From NCBI RefSeq assembly GCF_009914755.1, contig NC_060947.1: 64,000 bases of DNA, one strand, 5' to 3'. Below the pieces are notes generated by a model that saw only the letters and a list, made by a program, of their open reading frames with translations, made no database searches and was not told the DNA's origin. The position numbers and the translations under genes were made by a program. This DNA is from the human T2T-CHM13v2.0 reference genome, Homo sapiens. Positions 1-15,574 of this stretch are shown here, in pieces; position 1 is the stretch's first letter, and the number at the start of each line of letters is the position of its first letter.

Positions 1-1880
1 TTTTTGAGAAAAATCAAAGTAAAACAAGAATTGTCAGTTCATGACAAACGTGTTTGAATAGCCATGGTGAAAGGCACAATTGACAAGGAGATTTGGTTAT
101 TTCTGTGGCATACAACAATTTAACATAATAATCATAATTATTATGAATAACATATCTCAAGACAGGCTAGAATTTTAGGAATCTCATACAATTTTGGGAC
201 CTGTATTCATAACACTGTTATACAGATATAACCCAAAGAAGTTTAAGCACAATTTCATATTTTTCAATGTTACCTGTGTGATGTTAATAGACCAAATAAG
301 CCTAATATGTCTCTCTCAGACTTCCAGGGCCCATAATATCCAAAAAGCTGCTATGAGGTCAAAAGAGTGAATTCCAAATTTGAATGGATTTGGGGAAGTT
401 TTTTTAATTTCAAAGGTTTCAAACTCTTGCTTACAACAGGAGCCCAGGTCACGGTAAAATAACGGTCATTTGTTTACGTAAAGTGATGAATTAAAGATTT
501 TAAAAAGCAAAAACCTTTACTCTTTGATGGAGACGAGGCTTGGTTTCCCAAACAATCATCCAAACTGATAAGGATGGCACAAGGTCAACTGAATCTGTCT
601 CTCTCTCTCCCTCCCTCTTCTGTTTTCTTGTGTTTATGCAAAAGGTAAACAAAAATCTTTTACTACCTATTCCCAAATTTTACCTTCACATTAGTGTATT
701 CTTAACACCAAAGCTAATTTTCCTAGAATCTTTTAAATAAATACATTCAATTTTAGCTCGTTTGACAAGGAAAGATTTTTAATAAAGCTTTGTAAGTTTT
801 TATTCTCTTTTTCACTTTTTCTTAGTTATTTCATTATATTTTTAAATTTAAAACAGTTCTTAATAGCTTTTAAACTAGGCAACAGTACATTTCTTCACAA
901 AACCTACATTCGCATTTATTTTTATGACCTTTTGTAAATTCCAAAAACTCATGTTGCTTTTTAAATATGCCTTGTACATATCGTTTCTCTTATACCCAGA
1001 AGTTTTAATTGTGCATGTTTACTACAGTGTTAACTCTCAGTAGCCCTGATTATTATTGAATAACCCAGGAGGTAAGTAATTTTACATATGTATCAGATGT
1101 AGAGCCCAGGACAAAGGGCAATGCCTGGATTCAGGCCTCCCCATGGACCTCTAAAGGTTTAAATTTAAAGACATAAGTTCCCAGACAAGCAGGTATCAAA
1201 AGTATTACAGAAGTAACTGTTTAATGACCTTAAAACATCTGATAGAGACAGTATCTGACCAGCAGACTCAAACTGTCTAATTTAAGTTTCACAGACATTT
1301 TTCATTTAATTTAACAATACTTTTACAAGTATTTGAATTTACCATAGTTTATTGAGGTCTCGTGAACTTGAAAAGTATTTGGTCTAGTTATTTAATTTAT
1401 GAGTACTCATTAATGTTTAAGTTCGTTTGGTACCAAGGGTAGCCAATATATAGACATATGCATAGACATATACATATATGTAGGCATAATATATAAAATT
1501 TACATGCACACGTGTGTGTATCTGAAAGCCGAAGAGGTCAAGGGGTATCATCTAAAAGAGAGCAGAGCTTTAGACTTCAGAGGAATCTGTCCACTTGCTG
1601 CTTTTGGGGTTCTGTGAGGAAACACCAAAGTTGTATCCCCCAAAAGGAGTGTCTGGAGCCTTATCTGTTTTCCTTAAGGGATCTCAGGCTGTTGCAAAGG
1701 AAAAAAAAAAAAAAAGGTTTTTGGTCCTCTCACGTGGCATCGGGATTGGCAAGAGAAAGGAGGGACAGACAGGAGTAAATGGAGAAATCGACAAAGGGAG
1801 CACATATGCTTAGCAGGGGTGCAAGAAGAGAGGAATTTAATTGGCTGAGAATTTTTTACAGAGAACAGAGGCTTTAAAAC
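1..1880 (-). mobile_element. ERV1 (MER4-group-like) internal sequence, degraded, runs off the left edge
   Basis: AT-rich sequence (e.g. GACAAGGAGATTTGGTTATTTCTGTGGCATACAACAATTTAACATAATAATC) resembles recalled MER4/MER57-type ERV1 internal consensus in reverse orientation; no intact ORF. Confidence 0.6.
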
Positions 1881-1892
1881 TCTGTCTCTCTG

Positions 1893-1957
<65 letters not shown>

Positions 1958-1965
1958 TTGTGTGT
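1881..1965. repeat. Compound microsatellite (TCTGTC)n(TC)n(TG)n
   Basis: Seen directly, adjoining the L1 poly(A) tail. Confidence 0.95.
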
Positions 1966-1967
1966 AT

Positions 1968-4630
<2,663 letters not shown>

Positions 4631-4904
4631 AATGAATGTAATTTAACTTGAGTATCCCAGTAAAGAAACCATCTTTAAGTAGAATAGAGATGAGAGGTTA
4701 GGAGTCGGATTCACGTATTTGGTGTGGCAGAGGCAGCGGGGGGCACAACTGAACAAATAGAACAAAGGAATCCTGAGTTGTAGATGTGGATATCTCCAGC
4801 CTCCTCCAGTATGTTAAGAGAACAATGGTGACTGATGAAGGGAAATAAGGTGATCCCTACGCATGTTTTTAAAAGTCCACTTGAATTTTGAGTAATTTTA
4901 TTGT

Positions 4905-4967
4905 ATATATTATATATATGCATATACAATATATATATATGCATATACAATATATATATATATATAT
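4905..4967. repeat. (TA)n-rich simple repeat
   Basis: Seen directly. Confidence 0.9.
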
Positions 4968-6167
4968 TTGTCCTTCTCCAGCTCAAAAGGGAGAGAAGAT
5001 ACTCTGTGATTTCAATCCTCAGAAATGTATGACTATTTGCTTTAAAGTCCTAGATTTGGGTAATTTTGTTAAGTGTTTCATTTGCACTTTTATAATAACT
5101 TGTAAACCCCACCATTCAGTAGCATGTACAAACTTTTAAGGGACTTCACTGTCAGAGAAACCATGCGACTAACGTTGGATAGTCCTCAAAAATCAACGCC
5201 TTTCTGTAGTCCATCAGAAGGAGCTTAGCACCCTCCAGGAGAGACAAAACACAAAGGTGCTTTAACTTTGGTAGACTCCTGTGATGTCAGGTAAATGAAT
5301 GGGGGTAAGGGAGGATACTAGGGGAAGCATCCCTGAGTAGCCCAGGCATGAAGGGCGCAATGTTTGATCAAGGAGTGGGAATACATGTCTATATTTTTAA
5401 GACCTAAATCACAAGAATTCTGGTGGGACAGGATACCTTCAGGACTCTCCTTGGGATCATGAGGGTGAAGATTTAGGATACAGAGCCACCTCAGAAGAAT
5501 CATTACTTATTTTTATTCTGGGAAATTAAGCAAGTATCATGAAACGACTTGGAAAAACTTTTTTTTTTCCTAAGCAGACCAGGAGAAACTACCACAATTC
5601 AACTGCAAGTCAATCCCTCTGGGTGGTGCCTTGAATTTGTCTTAAACTATTGGAAACCAAAGGATCTCTGCGGGCATGTGCACACTTTCCAAAACAGAAC
5701 TCTGCACATCAGAGGGAAAAAAAAACCATAATTTCTCTACAAATCACTTAATTTCTGTCATACTCATTGCTACTGCTTCAAAATGCCAGTATTTGTCCAT
5801 ACAGCATTCAAAAATGCATCAGAAGCGGGCTGTAGACTTGAAGCCCGGAAGCTCAAAGCTGACTGACACTAATGAAATTTAGGAAGGAGTTGAGGGAAAT
5901 GGGGTTTGATGTGGAAGATCCAAGGGGAGTTGAGGACATCTGATTGTTGACTTCAGCGGATGCAGGAGGAAAAAGGACGCCTAGGGAGGCTTCGTGATCT
6001 GATGGTGAGGTTTACGGAAAGGACAATCTAAAAGGAAATGGTTTTACTGCTTCTGTGACAAAGTATAACCGTCAACCTAGAAAACAGATGTATTAATACG
6101 ACAGACGTAACCAACCAGGTTGTTTCTTACAACAGGACCCATATTATGGACATCATTTAAATATCTA

Positions 6168-6292
6168 GGGCCCGGCACAGTGCCTGTAATCCTACCGCTT
6201 CAGGAGTCCAAGGAGGGTGAATCAATTGAGTTCAGGAATTCGAGATCAGCCAGGGCAACATGGGGAAACCCGTCTCTACCAAAAATACAAAA

Positions 6293-6341
<49 letters not shown>

Positions 6342-6508
6342 TTAGCCAGGCGCAGTGACACATGCCTGCAGTCTCAGCTTCTTATGGGGCTGAGGTGGGA
6401 GAATCGCTTGAACCCAGATTGTCCAGTCTACACTGAGCCGAGATGGCGTCATTGCTCTGCAGCCCGGGTGACAAAGTGAGACCCAGTCATAAGAAAAAAC
6501 TAAAAAAG
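6168..6508 (+). mobile_element. Old Alu (AluJ/S-like) with (CA)n expanded in the mid A-rich linker
   Basis: Alu motifs CCTGTAATCC, GAGTTCAGGAATTCGAGATCAGCC, TACCAAAAATACAAAA, GAGAATCGCTTGAACCC; (CA)n at about 6295-6338. Confidence 0.9.
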
Positions 6509-7419
6509 ATATATAATGTAAAATACATATATGTAACATATATATATATATATATAAACTATATAAAAAGAATAAATAAATATCTTAGTATCACCCATCC
6601 ACAAAATGTATGTGTTTTTGATGACATAAGTACATCATAAAGTTCAAGAATCAATACCTCTCCAAGCTCCCTAGAAACTGAAGTTATTACTCCAACTACT
6701 TCTAATGTATCTGATTCTGTCTGTTCTTTTCCAGGTTATATTGTTTTATTTCTGGAAATACCCACCTTCATGACTTGGAACTAACGCATCGTTGGGATGA
6801 TGGAAACGTCCAATCAGAGGGGTCCAAGCCCCACTTTCCACTGGCTCAGTCCATGGCCATTGGCCCACAGTGCTTGTTCAAACAGTGTGGGATAAGGTCG
6901 CTCCTGTAGTCACTCCCTAAATTCCTCCGGTGGCCTGAAACCTGTCCTCTCTAGAACGCTGAGGTGTGTGCTGTCGTAGGCTCCATAGAGAGGGATGGAT
7001 TGTCATTGGAGTGCCACATTTTAGGGGAGCCCTGAAAGAGGAGGTTGATGAGGGAATTTGGAACACTCGGGGGCCCCTAATCTGGAGGCTCAGATATTGA
7101 GACCAGGTTCTAGTCAAGCTACTATTAACAAGTACTGATTTCCCATATTCTCCTTAATGTTGTTCTGTGTGTCTGTTTATGTATGGCCAGGGCCCCAGAA
7201 GGGAGAAAGAGCATCTATAATGGTTAGAAACTCCATGCCACTTAAGGGCAATCACTGCGGCATGGAGAAGGAGGATCCACTAAATGGGAGAGGTCACCCT
7301 ATAGTGATAGGTCCAACCTAAAACCATTAGAGAGCCTACCGCTTTGACCCAGAGAGTAAAGCACCTCTTCTTTTATGCACATGCTCCATGTGTACCACCC
7401 AGCAGCATCTCAAGAATTG

Positions 7420-7800
7420 TATGCTGAATAGGCCGCATCTCAGAAAGACTGCTCATTCCTGAATGCTCTTCCCGTTGGCCCATTGGTCACATCTGTTTGC
7501 CCCTCCCTCTGGGCTCCCGACAAGCCTGTGATGGCTTTGACACATGGAGAATGGTGGACGTTAGCCTGTCCCAGAGGTAACCTTTCAGAGGACTAGAATG
7601 GCCTCTGCCTGGCTGTCTGAGAGCTCTGAGCTGCCACGAAAGAAGCCCACCTCTCCTGCTGGAGACACCACAGTGATATGCTCTGAGGGGCCTTGGAGAG
7701 GTGCAGAGGCCCAGCTGAGCTCAGCCCTCCAGCCAGCCCCTCCAAGGCATCAAGTATGCCAGTACAAGGTGTCTGGGACCTTCCCCAATGACCTTAGGCA
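7420..7800 (+). mobile_element. Degraded MaLR LTR fragment (MLT1-like)
   Basis: Resembles recalled MLT1H/I-type motifs (GAGCTGCCACG..AGAAG, CCCAGCTGAG..CAGCCCTCCAGCC); heavily diverged. Confidence 0.4.
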
Positions 7801-9834
7801 TAGGGTGAATAAATAGCACTGAGTGCGGCTCCTCTGGCTTCTATTTGCAAGGGACACTTAAGCACAGTGGAGCCTGTCTCCTCATTGCATCATAGGTCAC
7901 ATGGGTGATCTTGTGGCCTGGTTCTCACTCACGGATCTGTAGGAGTGAAATGCCCATCGTGGGCTCCCAAGGGATTCAACATCTTCTAGGCTAACAAATG
8001 TCTTCCAAGGAGGCTCGCTTGACCCGGGCTTGTTCTACAGTTCATCTCGAGGATGGCCTGTGGGTAGGTCATCAGCTACTATTTTGGGGGATACTGGAGC
8101 CACTGTGGAATTCCCTGGGACAGTTGCCTTGAGGTTTAGCGTGACTCATCCCCTCTCCATTTCTCCCCCTGTCCTGGAGCGACTATATCCCCTTTCCTAA
8201 GCTCGAGGACCCGCTGAATCCTATGTCTTTATTGCGTACAGCTTTCTCTCAAGCAGGCCTGCCTCTGCCGGGTAAAAGCACGGGGCAGGCAGTCGTACTC
8301 TGGGCTCTACATCTGTCCCTCCTGCCAACCACCCTTTCGCAGGCATTCATTAGAAACTTAATCTAGCATAGTACTTGATGCCTGTCAGGGCTACTTACTC
8401 ATGATGCGACCTTGGTAGCGGTTGACACAATCTGTCTGATATAACTCAAAGGAGAATCAATGCCTGCACATCCTGGAAGAGAGCTAGGAGGGGAATGAGT
8501 GAGGACTACACTTGTGTGCATTACCTACACAGCCGAGTGCCTGCCACATGGTACCCTAAGATGCCCAATGAAAAATGGTTACGATGGTGTTTATTGTAGT
8601 GCTGGATGCTGGAAGGTGAGGAAGGATGAGATGTGGCCCCATGGTCTGTGACATTGCAACTGAGGGGACAACTAGCACAGGAATGATCCCCAAGGATTAT
8701 CTAGAGAAGGCAGCAGGTGATCAAGGCCGCCATGCCTGCATGCTGGGGGTCAGAGGGGAGGAAGAGGAAGAGGCAGGGAACTCACCACAGGCCTGCACCA
8801 GACACCGCATCTAGCATGCTACATGGACTCTCTCTTTCCTTCCTCATCACAATCCGTCTGTGGGGATGTGGCAAATAGTATGGCCATGTCACAGTTGGAG
8901 ATCCTGAGATTCAAGGAGGGAGTAGTGGCTCTAGGCTGGGAGGGTCAGGACATCTTCACAGGGGAGTCAGGATTTGAGCCAAGACCTGAAAAGTGAATAG
9001 GATTCAGATAGGGAGACGGTGGGTGGAGGAAAGGAGGTGGTATGGGAAGCCAGGTTCCTTGGCCGTGAGGGGGAATAGCTTGCCACAAAGCCCCGAGTGG
9101 GTAGTGCCCCAAGCCAGGAGCACTGTAAAGTTGCTCCCCAGCAACTTCCCGTCAGGACTCAGAGCAGAATTATCTCCACCGCTTCACTAACATGTGGCTC
9201 AGGAGGGAAAAGTCATTGTCCCTTATCTCACTGTCAGCCCGAAGCAAACAGATGGGGCCCAGGTAGCCAGGAGAGCGTGTTCATACAGCTGTCTGGCACT
9301 GGATCCCACCCCCACCACCTGTGATTGCCCGAGGACACGAATCTCGGTATTGGAACCACGTACAGCCGACATTCATTGGTTGCAGACTATGTATCTGGCA
9401 CCCCATCTGCATCATCACCCTGGATCTTGACAACCACCTTCTAGATCTGTATTCCACAGAGGAGGAAACTGAGATTCAGAGAAGTCAAGCCACTTGCGCA
9501 AGGCAATACAGCCAGTAAGAGGCACAGCTGAGGTCTGAACCCAGATCTCCTCTGACTCCCAAACCCGTGCCCTCAATCACTCTTGCAGTCGAGTCTGGTC
9601 CCACTAGCTCACATGAGTCCTAAGACCCAAACAGACGTTCTCACGATGTTGTGTCATTTTCCCATGTTAATGCAGCCTAGCCACACTAGTTGCCTCCAGG
9701 AAATAAAGTCACCAGAACTTCAAAGAGAAGACAAAAAAAAAGCTATTAAAAGTAAATTGGTCTCATTACCCAAGAACTTTAGTGTTTCAAACCCCAAAGG
9801 ATGCCCTTATTCTATCCCCAGATCTTTCCCCTAG

Positions 9835-9950
9835 AAGGGTGGCCACGCGTCCTGATTTTGCCTGTTGTCCCAGCCCGATGATTCATAGTGCTGCATTTAC
9901 TCTGAAAGCTGCCCCCATATGTATTCAACAAGAAATTATGTGCTCACCTT
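9835..9950 (+). mobile_element. MER94-like hAT-Blackjack MITE
   Basis: AGGGTGGCCA...GCCTGTTGTCCC...AAATTATGTGCTCACCTTA resembles recalled MER94 termini and core. Confidence 0.55.
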
Positions 9951-10249
9951 ACCTATGAAAAGGCAAAGAAGCCTCACACATCAGGTCTTTGGGAACCCTG
10001 GTGCACCATGCTGAACGAGGATCTGCAGCTTTCTCAAGAGAAAGTGGGCTCCTGGAGGAAGAAATAAGGAATAAACAGATGAGGAGTATGATTTAGAGAG
10101 GATTCGTAGTACCACCGAGCTTTTTTGGAACTGGAGTGGTCGCAGAACAGGAGTGGAAGAATGCGTGGAATGCAGAGCTCGCCCTAGTTGAGAGTGGGCG
10201 GGGTTGAGCACCTGCTCCGTGGCAGGTGAGAGGCGGGGAGCATGTCGAC

Positions 10250-10570
10250 AGACACCCACTGTGATTGCCAAGCAACAGGACCATCGAGTTGCCTCTGAGG
10301 CCGGGAGGATTGCTGGTAGGCTCCCTGCTTGGCACTTCATTCAGTCAGATGTGGAGTTGGTGGCCTGTGACGTAACCATGTGGTGACTATAAAAGGCCCT
10401 CCCGCCTGTGGTCAACCATCATTGTCTGTTCCTCACATCCACTGGCAGTTGCCTCTGAGATGGTTAAGCCTTCCTCTGAGACGACCTCTGACAAAGGCCT
10501 GAGCACGAAGGAGCGGAAAGCGGCCGATGCCACTATGGCCCACAAGCAGCAGCAGAAGACAAGCAGCTGA
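10250..10570 (+). pseudogene. Truncated H2B.W-family relic: promoter, 5'UTR and N-terminal tail only
   Basis: 10250-10460 aligns by eye with the reverse complement of about 18035-18260. ATG 10460 to TGA 10568-10570 encodes MVKPSSETTSDKGLSTKERKAADATMAHKQQQKTSS*, homologous to H2B.W tails (SSETTSEE...QEPKEANS..AQKQ). Confidence 0.8.
10368..10394 (+). promoter_or_regulatory. CRE-like TGACGTAA (10368-10375) and TATA box TATAAAA (10388-10394) of the H2B.W relic
   Basis: Motifs seen directly, about 65-90 bp upstream of the relic ATG; activity unknown. Confidence 0.55.
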
Positions 10571-10574
10571 TATT

Positions 10575-11200
10575 TCTGGGTTTTGACCTTTTCTTGTTTG
10601 TTTTGTTTTCTGTAAAGTAAAGGTATCGTTCCAGTAAGTTTCACCAAGATTATGACACAACCAAGGATGCCTGAGGTGTCTTCAAAGGGGCGGAAAGTAG
10701 ATTTCACAAGGTCCAGAATTGCCCCAAACCCCAGACGGCTCAAAGAGAAAAGAAAGTTTTGCTAGCCTTTCACAGGATACAACCCACATATTTGTCCTAC
10801 CAAATTTTCTAGGATCTTAGATTCTCAGCTATCTCCACAAGAAGGCCAAAGGGCCTCATGTGCCCGCATCGCAGGTGAAGGAAGACAGGAAATCAAAAGC
10901 AATCCAAGGAAGGGAAAAGGGTCAATAAGAAATAGATACTCCCCAAAAGTCACACCAATATCCAACCAAGAAGGGCGGGTTTCCTGACTAGCAATGCAAC
11001 CCATGGCGTTGAGGCGAAAGTGCAGAATTTGGACTCGAAGGTCACAAGGTGGAGTGGCCTTTGTTGTTATTCCCACATGGGGCAGTTTGAGCAGACACAG
11101 GAGGTTATCTTTGTTTTGGTCTGATTTTTGCTCTTCACTTTTGTCAAGCCAAGTTTTAAGGCTAGCTGCCACACCATGATGTATCTTTTTATATATTTAA
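10575..11200 (-). mobile_element. ERV1 internal fragment (MER4-group-like)
   Basis: Motifs such as GGATACAACCCACAT, ACTCCCCAAAAGTCACACC and CTAGCAATGCAACCCA resemble the 5' internal region of ERV1 non-autonomous elements; no LTR visible at the junction with the H2B.W relic. Confidence 0.5.
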
Positions 11201-11453
11201 CATTTTTATCAATCGGTTAGAATGACAAATCTCTAAAATCCTTTTAACATAATTTAGTGGGTTAATTTAGAGGATCAATCTATTGGCCATTGACAATTAG
11301 ACTTCTCAATAGTGTACTGAAGTTCAATAGCGACTGGATGCCATACCCTCTTCAGAGAAGAAGTAATTCCAAAGATTGCCCCTATTCCCAGACATAGGCT
11401 AAGATAAGAAATGATTCGTGGGATTGCAGTTTGCCAACATGAGATAGCTAGAC

Positions 11454-11760
11454 CAGCGGTCCCCAACCTTTCTGGCACCAATAACCGGTTTCAGGGAAGA
11501 CAATTTTTCCACAGAACGTCATTGAGGGGATGGTTTTGGGATGACTCAAGTGCATTACACTTATTGTGCACTTTATCTCTATTATTATTATTATATTGTA
11601 ATGTGTAATGAAATAATATTACGACTCACCATAATGTAGAATCAGTGGGAGCCCTGAACTTGTTTTCCTGCAACTAGATGTTCCCATATGGGGGTGATGG
11701 GGACAGTGACAGATCGTCGTTCATTAGGTTCCCATAAGGAGTGTGCAAGCTAAGATCCCT
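11454..11760 (+). mobile_element. MER1A-like hAT-Charlie DNA transposon (truncated)
   Basis: Starts CAGCGGTCCCCAACCTTTCTGGCACCA..CCGGTTTC..GGAAGACAATTTTTCCAC, the recalled MER1 5' end. Confidence 0.8.
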
Positions 11761-11789
11761 CTATCTCCAATGTAACTATTAGACTCCTG

Positions 11790-14672
11790 ACCCCTCATCT
11801 CTCTCCTACTTGCAGGTAGGACCTTTACTGGGGTACTCAAGTTAAATTACATTCATTAGGGTGCGCTCTATCCAAAATGACTAGTATGCATTTTGCATAC
11901 CAAAAGGGGAAATTCAGACACAGAGACATGTGTTCAGGGAAGAAAATGTGAAGTGGCATGGCGAGAACTGGGCCACCTACAAGCCAAGGAAAGATCCCTG
12001 GAAGAGATCCTTCCCTCTTACTACTCAGAAGTAACCAACCCAGCTGACGCTTTGATTTGGACTTCCAGCCTGCCGAACCACGACAATAAATTTCTGCTGT
12101 TTATCCCACCAGGTTTGTGGTACTTTGTCAGAATGACCCTAGCAAACTACTAGAGGTTCTGTTGCCAAGCAGTGGGATGATGTGATAAGGAACATCCGAA
12201 AGACTGGAAGAGGCCTTGGAAGTAAGTAATGCATACAGGCCAGAAGTGTTTTGATATGCACGACACAAGAAGCCTAGAGTGCCTTTAGGAAATGGCGGGG
12301 GAAAATATGAACACCAAATGACATTGAAACGAGGGTTAAGAAAGAGTTCTTTGCTGTAGAGAAAGGATCTCTGACTTAGAGAATACATATATCATGACCA
12401 CCGAAATGTTGCTAGAACTATGTGTATTAAAGGTGCTTCTGGTGTGTTTTCAGATGGAGACTAGGAAGAGGTTATTGGAAGCATGAGGAAAGGCCATCCT
12501 AGTTTTACAGTGGCAAAGGCTTGGGCTGTATTGTGTTCCTAGTGTCTTTGAGGAAAGTAGAAATTGTAAGTGATGAACATGCACATGTAGCTGATTTCTA
12601 TTGTTGGAGCTCAGGGCACAATACCCCAAAATGAGGGCTTCAGAAGTAGTCTCAGATGAAAAAGATTTTCTCTGACATTCTTGGTCCTCCTGTCTGTCAG
12701 TCCCATTCTACCCCAGGGGCTAAACATAAAGACCAGAATCCCTCTTCCCGAAGGTGGGTCCAAGAAATCAGAAGCTCTTTTTTCTAAAGGTAGTCACAAA
12801 ACCTAGAAATGTATTGTAACATTTTCCACATTTTCATGTAAAAACTGTCTGTGAAAAAATCATCTAACCTATCTCGTTTGAAAGGAAGTCACAAGATCGC
12901 CATTCCAGAGAGGGTCCTGCCCCGTATCCGGGAGGAAGTACTGTGTGCTCAGACAGGCCAAGCGGAGTCTAGACACACAGGCCTTGTCGGGTTTCCCCCA
13001 CTCTGTCTATTGGCATTAGATCATAGCCTTTTTGTCCCATCATATTTCTACACGGCTGTCTGTATTCCTTTGAGCCAAGGCATAAAAACAGATAATTTCC
13101 CATGTGTCTTTGGCTATTAACACTAAAGGCTCCCGGGGATACACGTTGTATAAGTTGGTATGCCTTATGTCCTATGGATCTGCCTTTTGTGACTTCAGTT
13201 TTCAGCGAAACTTAAGAGGAGCAGGGGGAACCTTGGTCACTACACTGGCAAACTGAGAAAAGTTTTTAGGATTTAATCTGGTTTCTCCTAGATCTGTATA
13301 TTAAATGGGAGAGAAGAGAGAGAAATTAGCCAAGGAAGCACTAAGGAAAAGGAAGCCAGCATTGGATGGTTCAGAAGGTACTCAAAGTATGCAGACACCT
13401 TGCTCTGGAAATAGGTGCAAGGGTGTGCCCGGAAAACCATTAGCCTAAGAGGAGAGACATGTGGCTCAGATCCAATCAACCATCTCTGCAGAAGTTAGGA
13501 ATTGAGATAAGGGAGATATGGGTATTCAAGAAAGATCTTTAGACAACTTCTTGCCTGATGGCCTGGACTCATGTGAATTCCATGGGAAGCCAAAAAATTT
13601 TTGAGAATTTTATACCAAAAAAATGTTGCCGGAATGGACTGAACCAGAAAAAGATGGGATGAAATGCAAGGAGGCTGTTAGAGTTCCTGGACTGTACCGG
13701 CAAGAAAGGGACTGACTGAGGTACCCAGCTGTGACCGTTTCTTCATTTTTGAGACAGTGAAGAAGGACTAGAAAGTTGGGTCAGAGGTTGGCATGGCCGT
13801 CACTGCCTCCAAGAACCAGGGGCACATTACTAGGGGACTGGGCCATCTCTCTCTTCGTCCCAGAAACAGAGGTCACCTCCCAAGTTCCAGGCATTTGTCC
13901 CACTTCCTCGGTTTCAGAGGGATGGGCTGCAGCAGCCCAGGCTGGGGGGAGATCCCCCACCCCGCTGCCCAGGGCTTAGGGTGTAAAGCTGTTACCCCAC
14001 TGGGCCTGAAGGACAGAGCATTGAGGCCAAGTAGAATCTTTTCCATCCTTAGAATCTAATGGAATTTGCCCCCACTAGGTTTCAAAGGTGCTTAAGGTCC
14101 ACGAACTCCAGTAGTTTTTCAGATTTCCTACTTTTGGTATGATAAGCCCTATCTGGTACCAGTCCCACACTGTCTTTCAGAAACAGATAACTCGTCTAGC
14201 TTCGCAGGTGCAGTGGTGGAGAGAATTCCCACCTCAGCATGAGTCACACCTGGAGACTCACCCATTCCAGACATAGAAGATTATCAGGTGAGATACTGGA
14301 GAACTGATTTTGGAGTGAGTTAAGACTTTGGGGATGTTGTGATGAAATGAATATATTTTCTATGTGTGGACGTTAATTTGTGCCGCGGAATGGATGCAGA
14401 ATATGTACTAGTATGTATGGAGTTCTGTCTCCCTAAAAGTCACAGGTAGAAGTCCTGGCCCCTAGTGTTTTAGAATGTGACCTTATTCGGAGAGAGTCTC
14501 TACACAGGCCATCTGGTTAAGGTGAAGTTGTGAGGTTTGACCCTACCCAACAGGATTGGTCTCCTTACCAAAAGGTGAAAATTGGTATCCAGAACTGTGA
14601 GATTAAAAATAAATAGTGTTTAAGTTAGCCAGTCCCTGGAATGTTTTTGAAGCGGCCCTCGAAAACTAATAG
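11790..14672 (+). mobile_element. MaLR (MLT1-like) LTR-internal-LTR element, degraded
   Basis: 5' LTR about 11790-12152 (GGACTTCCAGCCT..AATAAATTTCTGCTGTTTA..CTAGCAAACTA), MaLR internal-like sequence, then a partly deleted 3' LTR at about 14410-14672 (AGAATGTGACCTTATT..CCAGAACTGTGAGA..AAACTAATA). Confidence 0.7.
12602..13243 (+). mobile_element. ERV1 solo LTR (MER39/MER34-like) nested in the MaLR internal region
   Basis: Begins TGTTGGAGCTCAGGGCACAATACCCCAAAAT and interrupts the MaLR internal sequence. Confidence 0.6.
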
Positions 14673-15574
14673 AATACACCTCCATCAACAGCATTAAAAT
14701 CATACAACCCATCGAGGAATCAAAGAAGTACACCCCTCTAATCACAGGTTTCCCCTTCAACTCCCATTGAACATCCCTGGACAACTAACTCTTCCTAGTT
14801 CAGACCGGGAGACCTGATCACACTTTGGGCTGTGGCCCCTCGGCTGCAGTTGCCTCACTGGCTGACATGGATCCGAGTGGAGCTTGTGCTGCGCCATCGG
14901 ACAGCATTCCATGATCCCCATGACACGTAGAGGCCAGTCATGAAGATTTTCAAAAACAAAAGATTCTATCCTGAAGAAGAGCAGAATCAGATAAATCTAA
15001 ACAAGTGAGATTTCATTACGAGGGAGCCTAGAATAGGTATTGTTCCTTAAACTTTTTGATGTAGTTTTCTCTGTGCTGCGTTCGGGTCCTTGCTTATGTT
15101 TTCAAATGGACTCCAGCTTACAGGGAAAGCTGATAAAATGTTTGACTGGACTATGTTTATCCCACTCATGCTATTTTCCCTACATTGATACTTCTTATTT
15201 GTTGTTTAGGTAGCAAAGCTCTTTCCCTTAGTTTGTGTTTCCTATAAGTCGCAACATGACATCATGATTGCTCGCTACGTTTCCCTTCTGCTCAATCACT
15301 CACTGAAATGCTATATCAAATGTGCGAGCTTCCTCTTCCGATCTTCGCATCAATCCACCCCCTTCCTCTTTCTTCCTATAATTCACCAACATCAGTCCCC
15401 TTGCCACCTCATTCTTCACTCCCCACAAACAAATCAGATTTCATTGTTAACCCTGTTTTACTAATCCTCCTCTTTGATTTCTGAATTTACAAAGGGAAAA
15501 CACATATTCCAGGGTAAAATATCCCAATGGATCTGGTTTCTCAAAAGGACTTGTCTAATTACACACATATGCAA

